Of a DNA stretch of 30,800 nt, positions 1 through 9,542 are shown in pieces. A model generated the notes under the pieces. It saw only the letters and a list, made by a program, of their open reading frames with translations. It made no database searches and had not been told where the DNA came from. Origin of the DNA: Snowella sp. (GTDB taxonomy: Bacteria; Cyanobacteriota; Cyanobacteriia; Cyanobacteriales; Microcystaceae); assembly GCA_035285545.1 (NCBI GenBank), contig JAYKGY010000080.1, forward strand, positions 1 to 30,800, written 5' to 3'. The stretch's first letter is position 1. The number at the start of each line of letters is the position of its first letter. The position numbers and the translations under genes were made by a program.

Positions 1-540
1 GCAGAATCACCGTTTGCTTTAAAGTTATTTGTCAAATTTAAGGATTATCATTTAGATGATTTTTCGACCCTCCGAACAGTTTCCGAACTGATTAGTAGTT
101 TAAAAAGTAGCGATGTTGAGAATTTAAAGACCTTAACCTATTTGGTAATGGCCCACTATGATGACTTTGAAGCCATTGGTCAAATTATTGGTATTACAGA
201 AAAACGTAGCAGTCCCGACACCTATGCGCGGATGTTTCAATATATTGCGTTAAGTCATCAATACCAAGTATCTTTTATCAAGTTTCAACAATTGGTTCAA
301 GTATTAAGACAGTGGTATAAGCCCTATAAACTCATTCTAGATATTCGTGAGGAACATCCCCCTGAAACGTATCGCCAACCTAAAGATTTTCAGCAAAATA
401 TTCCAGGATTGCCGTTATATCTTAAATATAAAAATTATCTAACCGATCAAAAATCAGGTTATACCTACATTGATTTTGGAGAAGAATCGGAAGATAGCCC
501 CCGTTCAACCTTGCAACTATCAGAGGCGATCGCGGGATGA
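1..540 (+). CDS. C-terminal part of a hypothetical protein (starts upstream of the window); tandem paralogue of 766..1815
   Basis: Frame 1 is open from base 1 (AESPFALKLFVKFKDYHLDDFSTLRTVSELI...) to TGA at 538-540. It aligns by eye with the C-terminal half of the next ORF (PDTYARMFQYIAL vs PETYARMVQYIGL; LTDQKSGYTYIDF vs LTDKKSGITYVDF). Confidence 0.85.
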   Translation, partial: AESPFALKLFVKFKDYHLDDFSTLRTVSELISSLKSSDVENLKTLTYLVMAHYDDFEAIGQIIGITEKRSSPDTYARMFQYIALSHQYQVSFIKFQQLVQVLRQWYKPYKLILDIREEHPPETYRQPKDFQQNIPGLPLYLKYKNYLTDQKSGYTYIDFGEESEDSPRSTLQLSEAIAG

Positions 541-676
541 GGATCGCTCATTCGGGATTAGCAACAAGGTCTTTTGGAAATAAAGATTAGCTTAATTGCC
601 TGACTTGACGGTAGGGCGATAGACAATAGAAAGTTAATTTCACCTAACAACAGAAGTTGAAAAAATTTAACAAAGG

Positions 677-704
677 TTGCATCTTACAAAACTTGGAGTA
701 GAAT
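677..704 (+). promoter_or_regulatory. Putative sigma70-type promoter for 766..1815
   Basis: TTGCAT (677-682), 16-nt spacer, TAGAAT (699-704), about 60 nt upstream of ATG 766. Confidence 0.4.
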
Positions 705-765
705 GGTAACGCCTACGGATAGTTAAGCTAATACCGAGGTTTTTAATCAGAATACATTAAGAACG

Positions 766-1815
766 ATGGAAAAATCCTCTCGAACAACCCTTACGCCAGA
801 AATGACCCATCGATCCCCCAAAAAATGGTGGCAGCGAGGCCTTATTGGGAAGTGGATCGCTAAAATTTTAGGCTTATTTAAAAAGCGAGAAGAGATTTCA
901 GAAAGTTCGCTATTTCTGCATAACCGCGCAATGACTGACCTGAAGGTTTTCGGAAAGAACGCCCAGATTATCGACAATGAAAAATTTGGGAACGACGAAT
1001 TTTTAATCTTTGTCAAAATCAAATATCTTTTAAATAAAAGTATTGGCGAATATGCAGATTTGTTACCCAGTATTCGTCTGCTTCAGGTTGCTATTGAGGC
1101 AAAAGATAGTTTTATCGCCATTTATCAAACGGAATTGCTCTATCGCAGTTCTACCCAACAAGAATTTTATCAATATACGGAAGGCTTATTAAAATCCTAC
1201 GAAAATATCGATACGTTTCGTGACAATGTACAAGTTCAATTGGCAGGAGCTTTAAGCCAAACGAAAACAGAGGAGGGTAGAATAGCATTAAATGGCTATT
1301 CCAAACATTTAGACAAACTCTCAGAAGATGCCTTGGGATTAAAATTATTGTCCTTATTTAAAGCCTATCAATTAGCTGACTACTCCGTTTTAAGACAAAT
1401 TTCTGATCTGATTCAGGGCTTAGATAAATACAATTTGCAAGATTATAAATCATTAGTCTCGTTGGTGATTGCTAACTATACCCCGTTTGAAAAACTGCGT
1501 AAAATTATTCGAGTATCGGATAGAAATCATAATCCAGAAACCTACGCCAGAATGGTTCAATATATTGGTTTAAACTACAGACATGGTTTGTCTTACCTCA
1601 AATTTGATGAGTTGATGGGAGTTCTCAAGCGTTGGTATCGACCCTATCAAACGGTTATTGGGATTCGTTCTGAGCATCCTCCCCACCAATACAAGCAACC
1701 GCCGGAGTTTTCCCAAGAATTAATTGGGGAAGAGGTTTATTTAAAATATGTCAAGTGGTTGACTGACAAGAAATCTGGTATTACTTATGTGGATTTTGAC
1801 ACGGAAGAAAACTAA
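766..1815 (+). CDS. Hypothetical protein, 349 aa, predicted helical, with a basic amphipathic N-terminal segment
   Basis: Long ORF with a clear paralogue immediately upstream; no family motif recognised. Confidence 0.85.
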   Translation: MEKSSRTTLTPEMTHRSPKKWWQRGLIGKWIAKILGLFKKREEISESSLFLHNRAMTDLKVFGKNAQIIDNEKFGNDEFLIFVKIKYLLNKSIGEYADLLPSIRLLQVAIEAKDSFIAIYQTELLYRSSTQQEFYQYTEGLLKSYENIDTFRDNVQVQLAGALSQTKTEEGRIALNGYSKHLDKLSEDALGLKLLSLFKAYQLADYSVLRQISDLIQGLDKYNLQDYKSLVSLVIANYTPFEKLRKIIRVSDRNHNPETYARMVQYIGLNYRHGLSYLKFDELMGVLKRWYRPYQTVIGIRSEHPPHQYKQPPEFSQELIGEEVYLKYVKWLTDKKSGITYVDFDTEEN

Positions 1816-2002
1816 AATTCATGAATTTTTAGGGATAAAAATTTAGCGTTATTGTTAAATATCTCAATCGTTTTTATTAAGAAAAATTGACTTTTGCCGC
1901 CAGATTTGTCTATTTTTATCTTTAACGTGTTAAACATTAGGATTACACCCTGATGTTTTTTAGTCTTAGGAATCCCTATTCATTAAGATTCATAGGAAGG
2001 CT

Positions 2003-3043
2003 ATGCAGCACTTTATTGTAGGCTTATCGCTTCTATACCAATTCGGACAAGCGCAACTCAGTTTTTTGCGATCGCGGGTCATCCGATTTTGCATACTAAC
2101 CGTTACGGCAGGCATGATTGCCCTGTTGTTGGCGAATTGCAGTAGTCAACCGACTACTCCCTTGAGAATTGCGACGAATCTTTGGCCAGGTTATGAAACG
2201 TTGTATTTAGCCCGAAATTTAGGTTATTACGACAATAAGCCCATTCAACTGGTAGATTATCCTTCCGGAACCGAGGAAGTCCGTGCCTATCGGAATGGAG
2301 AAATCGAAGGAGCAGGACTGTCGATCGATCAAGCCTTAGTGTTAGCGGCTACGCAGGAAGATTTACGCATTATTGCGGTTATGGATTTTTCTAATGGAGC
2401 GGATGTTATTTTAGGCAAACCCGAAATCGCTGACATGAAAGCATTGAAGGGGAAACGAGTTGGGGTTGAATCCACTGCGCTCGGTTCATTTTTTATTGCG
2501 CGCGCCCTAGAAAAAAATGGCATGACTCCCAAAGATATTGAAATTGTCTCCTTGGAATTAACGGAACATGAGCGAGCCTATCAAGAAAATAAGGTCGATG
2601 CGGTGGTTACTTTTGGGCCTGCTAGGGCCAACTTGTTAGAATCCGGCGCAAAATTGCTGTTTGATAGTAGTCAACTCCCAGGGGAAATTGTGGATACCTT
2701 AGTGGTTCGTACTGATGCGATCGCCAATTCTTCTGAAACCATTCAAGCCCTAGTAGACGGTCGCTTTCGGGCCCTAGATTATTTAGAAAAAAATCCTCAA
2801 GATGCGGCTCAACGAATTGCCCCTCGAACCAAAGTTAGCCCGGAACAAATTCTCAATGCCTTTAAAGGGATGGTGCAACCGAATTTAGCCGAAAATTTAA
2901 AACTTCTCAATCAGAGCGATCCCGCCTTAGTCAATGGGATGAGCAAGCTGGTGGATGTGATGGTTGAAAATAAACTCCTACCTAAAAAAATTGATCCTGC
3001 AACGATTTTGGATGCCCGTTTTATTGAGAATGCTAAACTTTAA
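2003..3043 (+). CDS. ABC-type substrate-binding lipoprotein (NMT1/THI5/SsuA-like)
   Basis: Hydrophobic signal ending in lipobox-like LLANC; motifs LRIATNLWPGY, DFSNGAD, LKGKRVGVE, DAVVTFGP, PGEIVD typical of this SBP class. Confidence 0.85.
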   Translation: MQHFIVGLSLLYQFGQAQLSFLRSRVIRFCILTVTAGMIALLLANCSSQPTTPLRIATNLWPGYETLYLARNLGYYDNKPIQLVDYPSGTEEVRAYRNGEIEGAGLSIDQALVLAATQEDLRIIAVMDFSNGADVILGKPEIADMKALKGKRVGVESTALGSFFIARALEKNGMTPKDIEIVSLELTEHERAYQENKVDAVVTFGPARANLLESGAKLLFDSSQLPGEIVDTLVVRTDAIANSSETIQALVDGRFRALDYLEKNPQDAAQRIAPRTKVSPEQILNAFKGMVQPNLAENLKLLNQSDPALVNGMSKLVDVMVENKLLPKKIDPATILDARFIENAKL

Positions 3044-3059
3044 CTGAAAACGACCTTTC

Positions 3060-5351
3060 ATGGAACGGTTTCCTTTCCCGCTCAAGTATTCTATCCCAAC
3101 CATTTTAATTGTGTATGGGAGTGTATTGGGATTGATTTCCGTCAGAAATGAACTCTCAGAAACTTATCAAAAAGTCGAAAGTAATACTCAAAATTATGTC
3201 CGCATTTCGGCGAGTCGTACCGCAGGCATTTTAGATTATTTGTTTCGTCGTTCCGATAACGAACAGGCAGAAATTGCCATTAGCCAGTTGGGGAGCGATC
3301 CCAATTTAGCCAGTGTTCTCCTCTTTGATCACAACAATATTGTCCGATTATCGAGCCGTTACGAAATTCGCGATCGCCGAGTCGGAGAAACTGAAGCGTC
3401 ACCGTTTCGGGATCACTTTGATCAAGTTCGTCAAACAATGGCGGGACAAATCATTCTCTCTGACAACCGACAAAAATTAATTGCTATTTATCCCGTTCTC
3501 TTGCAATCCCTCCCTGGTGAACTACGCCCTTCCCGTGTGGGAATTCTCTTTTTAGAACACGATTTAACCCAAGAAAAACAACAGGCTCAACAAACCGCTG
3601 TTCGGCGATCGCTGACTTTTAGTTTTACCCTCATGCTCTTTTGTCTGGGATTATGGTTTTTCTTTGACCGTACCCTCACCCGACGGGTTGCCCGTTTAGT
3701 TGCCGCGAGTAATAATGTGGCTGATGGGAAATTAAGCGATCGCGCAGGGCTGTTAGGTTCCGATGAATTAGCGCAAATTTCCGTGGCCTTTGACCGAATG
3801 GCCGCCAATATTCAGGAAAACACCAAAGACTTAGAACGCAGTAAAGAAGCCGCCGAAATCGCCAACCGCACCAAAAGCGAATTTTTAGCTAACATGAGCC
3901 ACGAAATTCGGACTCCCATGAATGCGATTTTAGGATTTTCAGATTTACTGCAAAGTACAACCCTCGATCCCCGCTCCCAAGGCTATCTCGAAGCCATCCG
4001 TTCTAGTGGCAAAACCTTAATGTCTTTAATTAACGATATTTTGGATTTGTCAAAAATCGAAGCCGGCAAACTACAACTCAGTTATGAAGGGGTTAATATT
4101 CGCCAGCTTATCCAAGAAATTCACCAAATTTTTGTAGAAAAAGCCCATGAAAAAGGAATCAAATTTTTAACCGATGTTGATCCCGCCTTACCTAACGTAA
4201 TTGCTTTTGATGAAGTACGGTTACGGCAAATTTTGTTCAATGTGGTGGGAAATGCTATTAAATTCACTGAAAACGGCCATGTTTATATCCAGGTTTCCAG
4301 TGTCGTAACGACAGAACGTCAAATTCAACTCATTTTAAGCATTGAAGATACGGGGATTGGCATTGCCCCTGAAGATCAAACCCGTATTTTTGATGTTTTT
4401 ACCCAAAGTGAAGGCCAAAGTACCCGTAAATACGGTGGAACTGGCTTAGGGTTAACGATTACGCGCCGTTTGACTGAAATGCTCGGTGGTCGTATTGAAT
4501 TAACCAGTGAATTAGGAAAAGGCAGCACGTTTACCTGCATTTTTCCCTCCGTCATGATTGAAAAAACGGCTATTCATCCCATTAAAGTAAATCGGGATAA
4601 TAATCTCGATCAATTTGTCCCTGCAACCATCCTCGTTGTCGATGATGTGGAATCTAATCGCCATTTAATGCGGAGTTTTTTTCAATCGACGGATCATAAA
4701 ATTTTAGAGGCGGCAGACGGTTTTGAAGCCATTACCCTAGCCAAACAGCATCATCCCAATCTCATTATTATGGACATTTTGATGCCAAATTTAGATGGAC
4801 AAGAAGCGACCTACTGGCTACGCAATGATCCAGAGACAATGGCTATTCCCATTTTGATTTTGACCGCTTCGTTAATGAGCGAGGTGCGATCGCAGTTAGA
4901 GGGCTATTGCCAAGGATTTCTGACGAAACCGTTAGTAAAAGCTGATTTGGTGGAAGCATTAAAAAGTATCTTGCCCATACGAACCGAGCAACTCCCCAAA
5001 CTCCCATCAGAAAGTGTCGAGCCTGTTATCTCCGAAACCGCGATCGCGCCCTCATTCTCCGCAGAAGACTTCAGCCGTTTACCGGAATTAATTGCTGCTT
5101 TGAAAAACGAAGAAGAAACCGTCTGGCCAAGACTGCAAAAAACCATGATCATGAAAGATTTACGACAATTTGCCAAACGATTAGGGGATTTAACAGACAA
5201 TTATCCTTTTAAAATCTTGATTGATTATGTGAATCAGTTAGAATCTCAACTTCAAGCCTTTGATGGGGATAATCTGACCCACACTGTCTCAAATTTTCCT
5301 GAAATTCGGCGATCGCTGGAAGACTATCAAAATCAATCGATCAACGGGTAA
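3060..5351 (+). CDS. Membrane-bound hybrid sensor histidine kinase (periplasmic domain-HAMP-HisKA-HATPase-REC)
   Basis: Two TM segments; HAMP ([14 protein letters not shown]); H-box [15 protein letters not shown]-box [15 protein letters not shown] boxes DTGIGI and GGTGLGL; receiver VVDD...MDILMP...LTA...FLTKP. Confidence 0.95.
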   Translation: MERFPFPLKYSIPTILIVYGSVLGLISVRNELSETYQKVESNTQNYVRISASRTAGILDYLFRRSDNEQAEIAISQLGSDPNLASVLLFDHNNIVRLSSRYEIRDRRVGETEASPFRDHFDQVRQTMAGQIILSDNRQKLIAIYPVLLQSLPGELRPSRVGILFLEHDLTQEKQQAQQTAVRRSLTFSFTLMLFCLGLWFFFDRTLTRRVARLVAASNNVADGKLSDRAGLLGSDELAQISVAFDRMAANIQENTKDLERSKEAAEIANRTKSEFLANMSHEIRTPMNAILGFSDLLQSTTLDPRSQGYLEAIRSSGKTLMSLINDILDLSKIEAGKLQLSYEGVNIRQLIQEIHQIFVEKAHEKGIKFLTDVDPALPNVIAFDEVRLRQILFNVVGNAIKFTENGHVYIQVSSVVTTERQIQLILSIEDTGIGIAPEDQTRIFDVFTQSEGQSTRKYGGTGLGLTITRRLTEMLGGRIELTSELGKGSTFTCIFPSVMIEKTAIHPIKVNRDNNLDQFVPATILVVDDVESNRHLMRSFFQSTDHKILEAADGFEAITLAKQHHPNLIIMDILMPNLDGQEATYWLRNDPETMAIPILILTASLMSEVRSQLEGYCQGFLTKPLVKADLVEALKSILPIRTEQLPKLPSESVEPVISETAIAPSFSAEDFSRLPELIAALKNEEETVWPRLQKTMIMKDLRQFAKRLGDLTDNYPFKILIDYVNQLESQLQAFDGDNLTHTVSNFPEIRRSLEDYQNQSING

Positions 5352-5436
5352 GAAATTAGTCATAATAAAGCTAAATGTCCATCAATCCCAAATAGTAATT
5401 GCTTGATCGATAATTGATATGAATTGAAAAAAAGTT

Positions 5437-5892
5437 ATGCTTAGTCCAGCCCCAAATACAGCGTTAAATCTCTACGAAACTGACTACAATCTCTGGATAG
5501 CGCACACCATTCAAGCTTTAAAAACATCCGATTTAGATGCGATCGACTTAGCCAATTTAATTGATGAGTTGGAAGATATGGGGCGGAGTGAAAAACGGGC
5601 AATTTATAGCAACCTGAAAATTTTGTTAATGCATTTACTAAAATATCGCTACCAATCGTCTAAACGCTCTAAAAGTTGGCGCAGTACCATTCGGGAGCAT
5701 CGTCAACGCATTCAAAGAGCATTTAAAGAAAGTCCGAGTTTACAAGGATATTTCCAAGAAATCTTAACAGAAGCATATCAGGATGCCAGAGAACTAGCCG
5801 CCGATGAGACGGAATTATCATTCTGCACTTTCCCAGAAAATTGCCCTTTTTCAACAGAAGAAATCCTAAATTCTGATTATTTGCCTGATTAA
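5437..5892 (+). CDS. DUF29 family protein
   Basis: LYETDYNLW...DLANLIDELEDMGRSEKR...LLMHLLK...SWRSTIREHR...ESPSL...FPENCPF pattern. Confidence 0.9.
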   Translation: MLSPAPNTALNLYETDYNLWIAHTIQALKTSDLDAIDLANLIDELEDMGRSEKRAIYSNLKILLMHLLKYRYQSSKRSKSWRSTIREHRQRIQRAFKESPSLQGYFQEILTEAYQDARELAADETELSFCTFPENCPFSTEEILNSDYLPD

Positions 5893-5902
5893 TACGAATT
5901 TG

Positions 5903-5932
5903 CCCCCTAAATCCCCCAATACTGGGGGAATT
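5903..5932. repeat. Cyanobacterial small dispersed repeat (CCCCCTAAATCCCCCA...TGGGGGA) with a hairpin; may act as terminator between the convergent DUF29 gene and prlC
   Basis: Perfect 7-bp stem TCCCCCA (5912-5918) / TGGGGGA (5923-5929) with a 4-nt loop, preceded by CCCCCTAAA, a motif I recall as a common cyanobacterial intergenic repeat. Confidence 0.6.
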
Positions 5933-5950
5933 GCGAGTATTTCAACAATT

Positions 5951-8035
5951 TTAAGCAGCAGCTACTAAACCGTTATGACGTAATAAGGGTTCCGTTTTCG
6001 GTTCTCGACCTCGGAAAGACTTAAACACCTCCATCGGATGCACACTTCCCCCCAAGGCTAAGACCGTATCGCGAAAACGTTTGCCTGTTTCAGTGACGGC
6101 TTGCTCATCTTCTAAACCGACTTCTTCAAAAGCAGCAAAGGCATCGGCACTGAGAACTTCCGCCCATTTATAGCTGTAGTAACCCGCAGCATAGCCCCCT
6201 GCAAAGATGTGTCCAAAGGAGCAAAGGAACGCATCTTCGGGTAAAGGAGGAAGAACACTGGTCGTTTTTGCTAGGCGATCGCGGATATCCCGAATTGTTT
6301 CAGTTCCATTGGGTTGATAACGGTGATGGAGTTCTAAATCCAATAAACTGAGGTTAATTTGCCGCAACATAGCCGAGCCACTCATATAATTCCGAGCGTC
6401 CAACAGTTTTTGATAATAATGTTCAGGTAAGGTTTCACCCGTTTCGTAATGTTTGGCCATATTAAAGAGGGTCGGACGGTCATAGCACCAATTTTCCATA
6501 AATTGACTGGGTAGCTCCACCGCATCCCATTCGACGTTATTAATTCCTGCTGCGCCAGGATAATCCACTTGGGTCAGCATGTGCTGAATACCGTGGCCAA
6601 ACTCATGAAACAGCGTCGTCACTTCATCAAAGGTCATCAAACTGGGCTGGCCATCAATGGGAGGGGTTTGATTGCAAATTAAATAAGCAACGGGTAAACG
6701 GGTGCTAATTTGCCCATTTTCTTGAACTTTAGCCCGATTGATACAATCTCCCATCCAAGCCCCACCCCGTTTAGTTCCTGGGCGACTGTAGGGGTCGAGG
6801 TAAAAATGCGCGATCGCGTTTCCTTGCTCATTGGCTACTTGGAAATAGCGCACATCCTCCTGCCAAACAGGGGCTTGACCATCCGCAGGCGTAATGGTGA
6901 CAGAGAAAATCCGTTTTGCGAGGGTAAATAAACCGTCTAACACTTGAGTTAAGGGGAAATAGGGACGTAATTCTTCCGCATTAAAGTCAAATTTGGCTTC
7001 CCGTTGTCGTTCTGACCAATAGGCAATATCCCAATGTTTCAGATCATCATTGTTGGCAAAGGCTTTTAATTCGGCAAGATCTTCTTGGGCGGCTTGATAG
7101 CTGGCTTGGCGTAGTTCTTCCAGTAATTTTTCAACGGATTCCACGCTAGGAGCCATTTTTCGAGCCAGACTCACTTCTGCATAGGTCTGATAGCCTAATA
7201 ACTGGGCTTGCTGCGATCGCAATTCTAAAATTCGTTCGATCAAAGGATTATTGTCCAGATCGCCACTAGAGGCACGGGTAATAAAAGCCTTATAAACTTT
7301 TTCCCGTAAGTCCCGTTGCGTGCTGTACTTCATAAACGGCAGGAAACTGGGATAATCCAAGGTAATTACCCAAGGGCCCGCTTCTGCTGTTGCTTCGGTG
7401 TCGCCTTCAGCCCGTGCCGTTTGTGCCGCTAGACTCAATAAACTAGGGGGTAAACCCTCAATTTCCTGAGGTTGGGTTAATTTCAGCTTAAAGGCTTTGG
7501 TGGCATCTAACAGATTATTGGAGAATTTAGTGCTGATTTCGGCTAATTCCAATTGAATCGCATTAAATTTATCCTTATTTTCTCCCGTTAAGCCCACACC
7601 TGACAATTCTGCTTCTCGAATATTGCTTTCCACAATGCGTTGTTGAGCCGTATCGAGGGTTGACCATTCCGCACTATCCCGTAGTTTTTTAAAGGCTTGA
7701 TAAATGGGTTGACTCTGGCTCAGTCGATTATAAAAGTTAATAACTTGCGGTTGAACGCCTTCGTAAGCTTCTCGTAATTCAGGGCTATTTTTAACCCCCA
7801 TTAAATGACCGACAATTCCCCAACTCCAAGTTAATCTTTCTTCGATTTGGGTTAAAGGCTCAACCAATCCCGACCAAGTAGGCACTACCTGATTTTCTAG
7901 AGTCGTCAATGCTGCCTCTAATTCTGTTAACAATTGCGTTATGGCAGGCTCAACCTGTTCAGCTTGAATTTGGTCAAACGGGGGTAATCCTTTGCCGATA
8001 AGCAGGGGATTGGTTACTGCTGTACTGTTAGTCAT
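5951..8035 (-). CDS. prlC: Oligopeptidase A (M3 metallopeptidase)
   Basis: HEFGH zinc motif; KRGGAWM; WDAVELPSQFMENW; GGYAAGYYSYKWAEVL; FRGREP. Confidence 0.95.
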   Translation of the reverse strand: MTNSTAVTNPLLIGKGLPPFDQIQAEQVEPAITQLLTELEAALTTLENQVVPTWSGLVEPLTQIEERLTWSWGIVGHLMGVKNSPELREAYEGVQPQVINFYNRLSQSQPIYQAFKKLRDSAEWSTLDTAQQRIVESNIREAELSGVGLTGENKDKFNAIQLELAEISTKFSNNLLDATKAFKLKLTQPQEIEGLPPSLLSLAAQTARAEGDTEATAEAGPWVITLDYPSFLPFMKYSTQRDLREKVYKAFITRASSGDLDNNPLIERILELRSQQAQLLGYQTYAEVSLARKMAPSVESVEKLLEELRQASYQAAQEDLAELKAFANNDDLKHWDIAYWSERQREAKFDFNAEELRPYFPLTQVLDGLFTLAKRIFSVTITPADGQAPVWQEDVRYFQVANEQGNAIAHFYLDPYSRPGTKRGGAWMGDCINRAKVQENGQISTRLPVAYLICNQTPPIDGQPSLMTFDEVTTLFHEFGHGIQHMLTQVDYPGAAGINNVEWDAVELPSQFMENWCYDRPTLFNMAKHYETGETLPEHYYQKLLDARNYMSGSAMLRQINLSLLDLELHHRYQPNGTETIRDIRDRLAKTTSVLPPLPEDAFLCSFGHIFAGGYAAGYYSYKWAEVLSADAFAAFEEVGLEDEQAVTETGKRFRDTVLALGGSVHPMEVFKSFRGREPKTEPLLRHNGLVAAA

Positions 8036-8129
8036 AAGGTTGATCGCTTTTTATACACATACATCTTTTACCCTAACGCGATCGCTGAGGTTCTGTTAAC
8101 GAGAAAGCAGGGAAGATAACCGAATATTT

Positions 8130-8864
8130 ATGGAAAATCCACGACAATGGCTCGCTTTAATGATTGGCAATTCCCATCACCATTGGGGCTATTTTGAAAA
8201 AGATCAATTAATCCGAACTTGGCAAACCGATCATTTTCTCGCTCAGCCGATAGCAGTCATTCCGTCTGGGTTTTCTCCTGATATTCCTCTTTATTTAGCC
8301 TCTGTCGTTCCCAATCAAACCGAGTTTTTTCTTTCCTATCCCCATCTTCAACCCCTTGAGTTGCAGGATATTCCCCTCAAAAATCTTTACCCTACCTTGG
8401 GCATTGACCGCGCTCTAGCAGTGTTAGGGGCGAGTGAAATCTATGGTTTTCCCTGTTTAGTGATTGATGGGGGAACGGCTTTAACTTTAACGGGAGTTAA
8501 CGGCGATCGCGCTTTAGTCGGAGGAGCCATTTTATCTGGATTAGGATTGCAATTTCGGACGTTAGGCACTCAAACGGCTGCTTTACCTACCTTGGATTTA
8601 CCGCAGACCTTACCTCCTCGCTGGGCAAATAATACATCGGACGCGATCGCGAGTGGAATTCTCTATTTTCTATTAGCAGGACTTTCCAGCTTTATTAAGG
8701 ATTGGTTAGACCAGTTTCCAAAAAGCCAAATTATTTTAACGGGAGGTGATGGAAAAATTTTATTTAACTATCTCCATACCCTTGATCTAGAGCACGCTTT
8801 TTCTCTGACCCATGATCCCCATTTAATCTTCTGGGGAATGCGATCGCTAACGATTCAAATTTAA
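8130..8864 (+). CDS. coaX: Type III pantothenate kinase
   Basis: MIGNS, ASVVP, LGIDR, VIDGGTALT, GGAI and LTGGDG motifs. Confidence 0.9.
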   Translation: MENPRQWLALMIGNSHHHWGYFEKDQLIRTWQTDHFLAQPIAVIPSGFSPDIPLYLASVVPNQTEFFLSYPHLQPLELQDIPLKNLYPTLGIDRALAVLGASEIYGFPCLVIDGGTALTLTGVNGDRALVGGAILSGLGLQFRTLGTQTAALPTLDLPQTLPPRWANNTSDAIASGILYFLLAGLSSFIKDWLDQFPKSQIILTGGDGKILFNYLHTLDLEHAFSLTHDPHLIFWGMRSLTIQI

Positions 8865-8995
8865 AGAACTAGAAACGAAGGGTTAAGAGTGTAGTCTTCT
8901 ATTTTTCATTTTGGTATAAACGCGATTCGTTAACCTAAACAACGTTAGACCCTATAATAATGGCTAACGCCCTATCTCGTTAGGAGATAAGTTTA

Positions 8996-9460
8996 ATGAC
9001 GGCTCAGTTATTTTCTAAAACCCTTTATGACGAAGATTTTAATTTATGGGTTGAGCAAACCGTACAACAAGTGCGATCGCAGCAAATTGAATCTTTAGAT
9101 TGGGAACATCTCATCGAGGAAATAGAAGCCTTGGGAGCAGCAGACAAACGAGAACTGAGAAAACGAGTTACCCTCATCATGTCCCATATCCTCTGTTTAC
9201 TCTTCTGGCTGCCTGAATCTGAACGCCAAGAATGTGCTAGAGGTTGGCGATTAACTATCCGTGAACAACGTCGGCAAGTTAAACAACTTTTAAAAGATAG
9301 TCCTAGTCTTAAACCCTATTTAACATCTCTGTTAGAAAGTTGCTATGAGGATGCAAGAGAGGATGTAATCTATAAATCGCCTTTATATTGGGATATTAAA
9401 GACTTAATTTCTGATACTTTACCGTTTACCTTAACCGATATTTTAGAAGAAGAGTATTAA
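8996..9460 (+). CDS. DUF29 family protein
   Basis: LYDEDFNLW...LDWEHLIEEIEALG...WRLTIREQR...DSPSL; SD AGGAG at 8982-8986; TATAAT at 8953-8958. Confidence 0.9.
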   Translation: MTAQLFSKTLYDEDFNLWVEQTVQQVRSQQIESLDWEHLIEEIEALGAADKRELRKRVTLIMSHILCLLFWLPESERQECARGWRLTIREQRRQVKQLLKDSPSLKPYLTSLLESCYEDAREDVIYKSPLYWDIKDLISDTLPFTLTDILEEEY

Positions 9461-9542
9461 TCAAGCAGGGTAGGAGCATATATAGATGATGTTCTTACAA
9501 ATGTCGTTTGGTCATCCTAAATGTAATTTGCTATAAAGTCGA

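Noticed and set aside
142..540. ORF-track start at 142
   Set aside because: The frame is open from base 1 and similarity to the paralogue extends upstream; the true start lies outside the window.
8130..8180. CoaX lacking the Asp of DxGNT (reads MIGNS) as a sign of inactivation
   Set aside because: From recall this variant is common in cyanobacterial CoaX, and the other motifs are intact.
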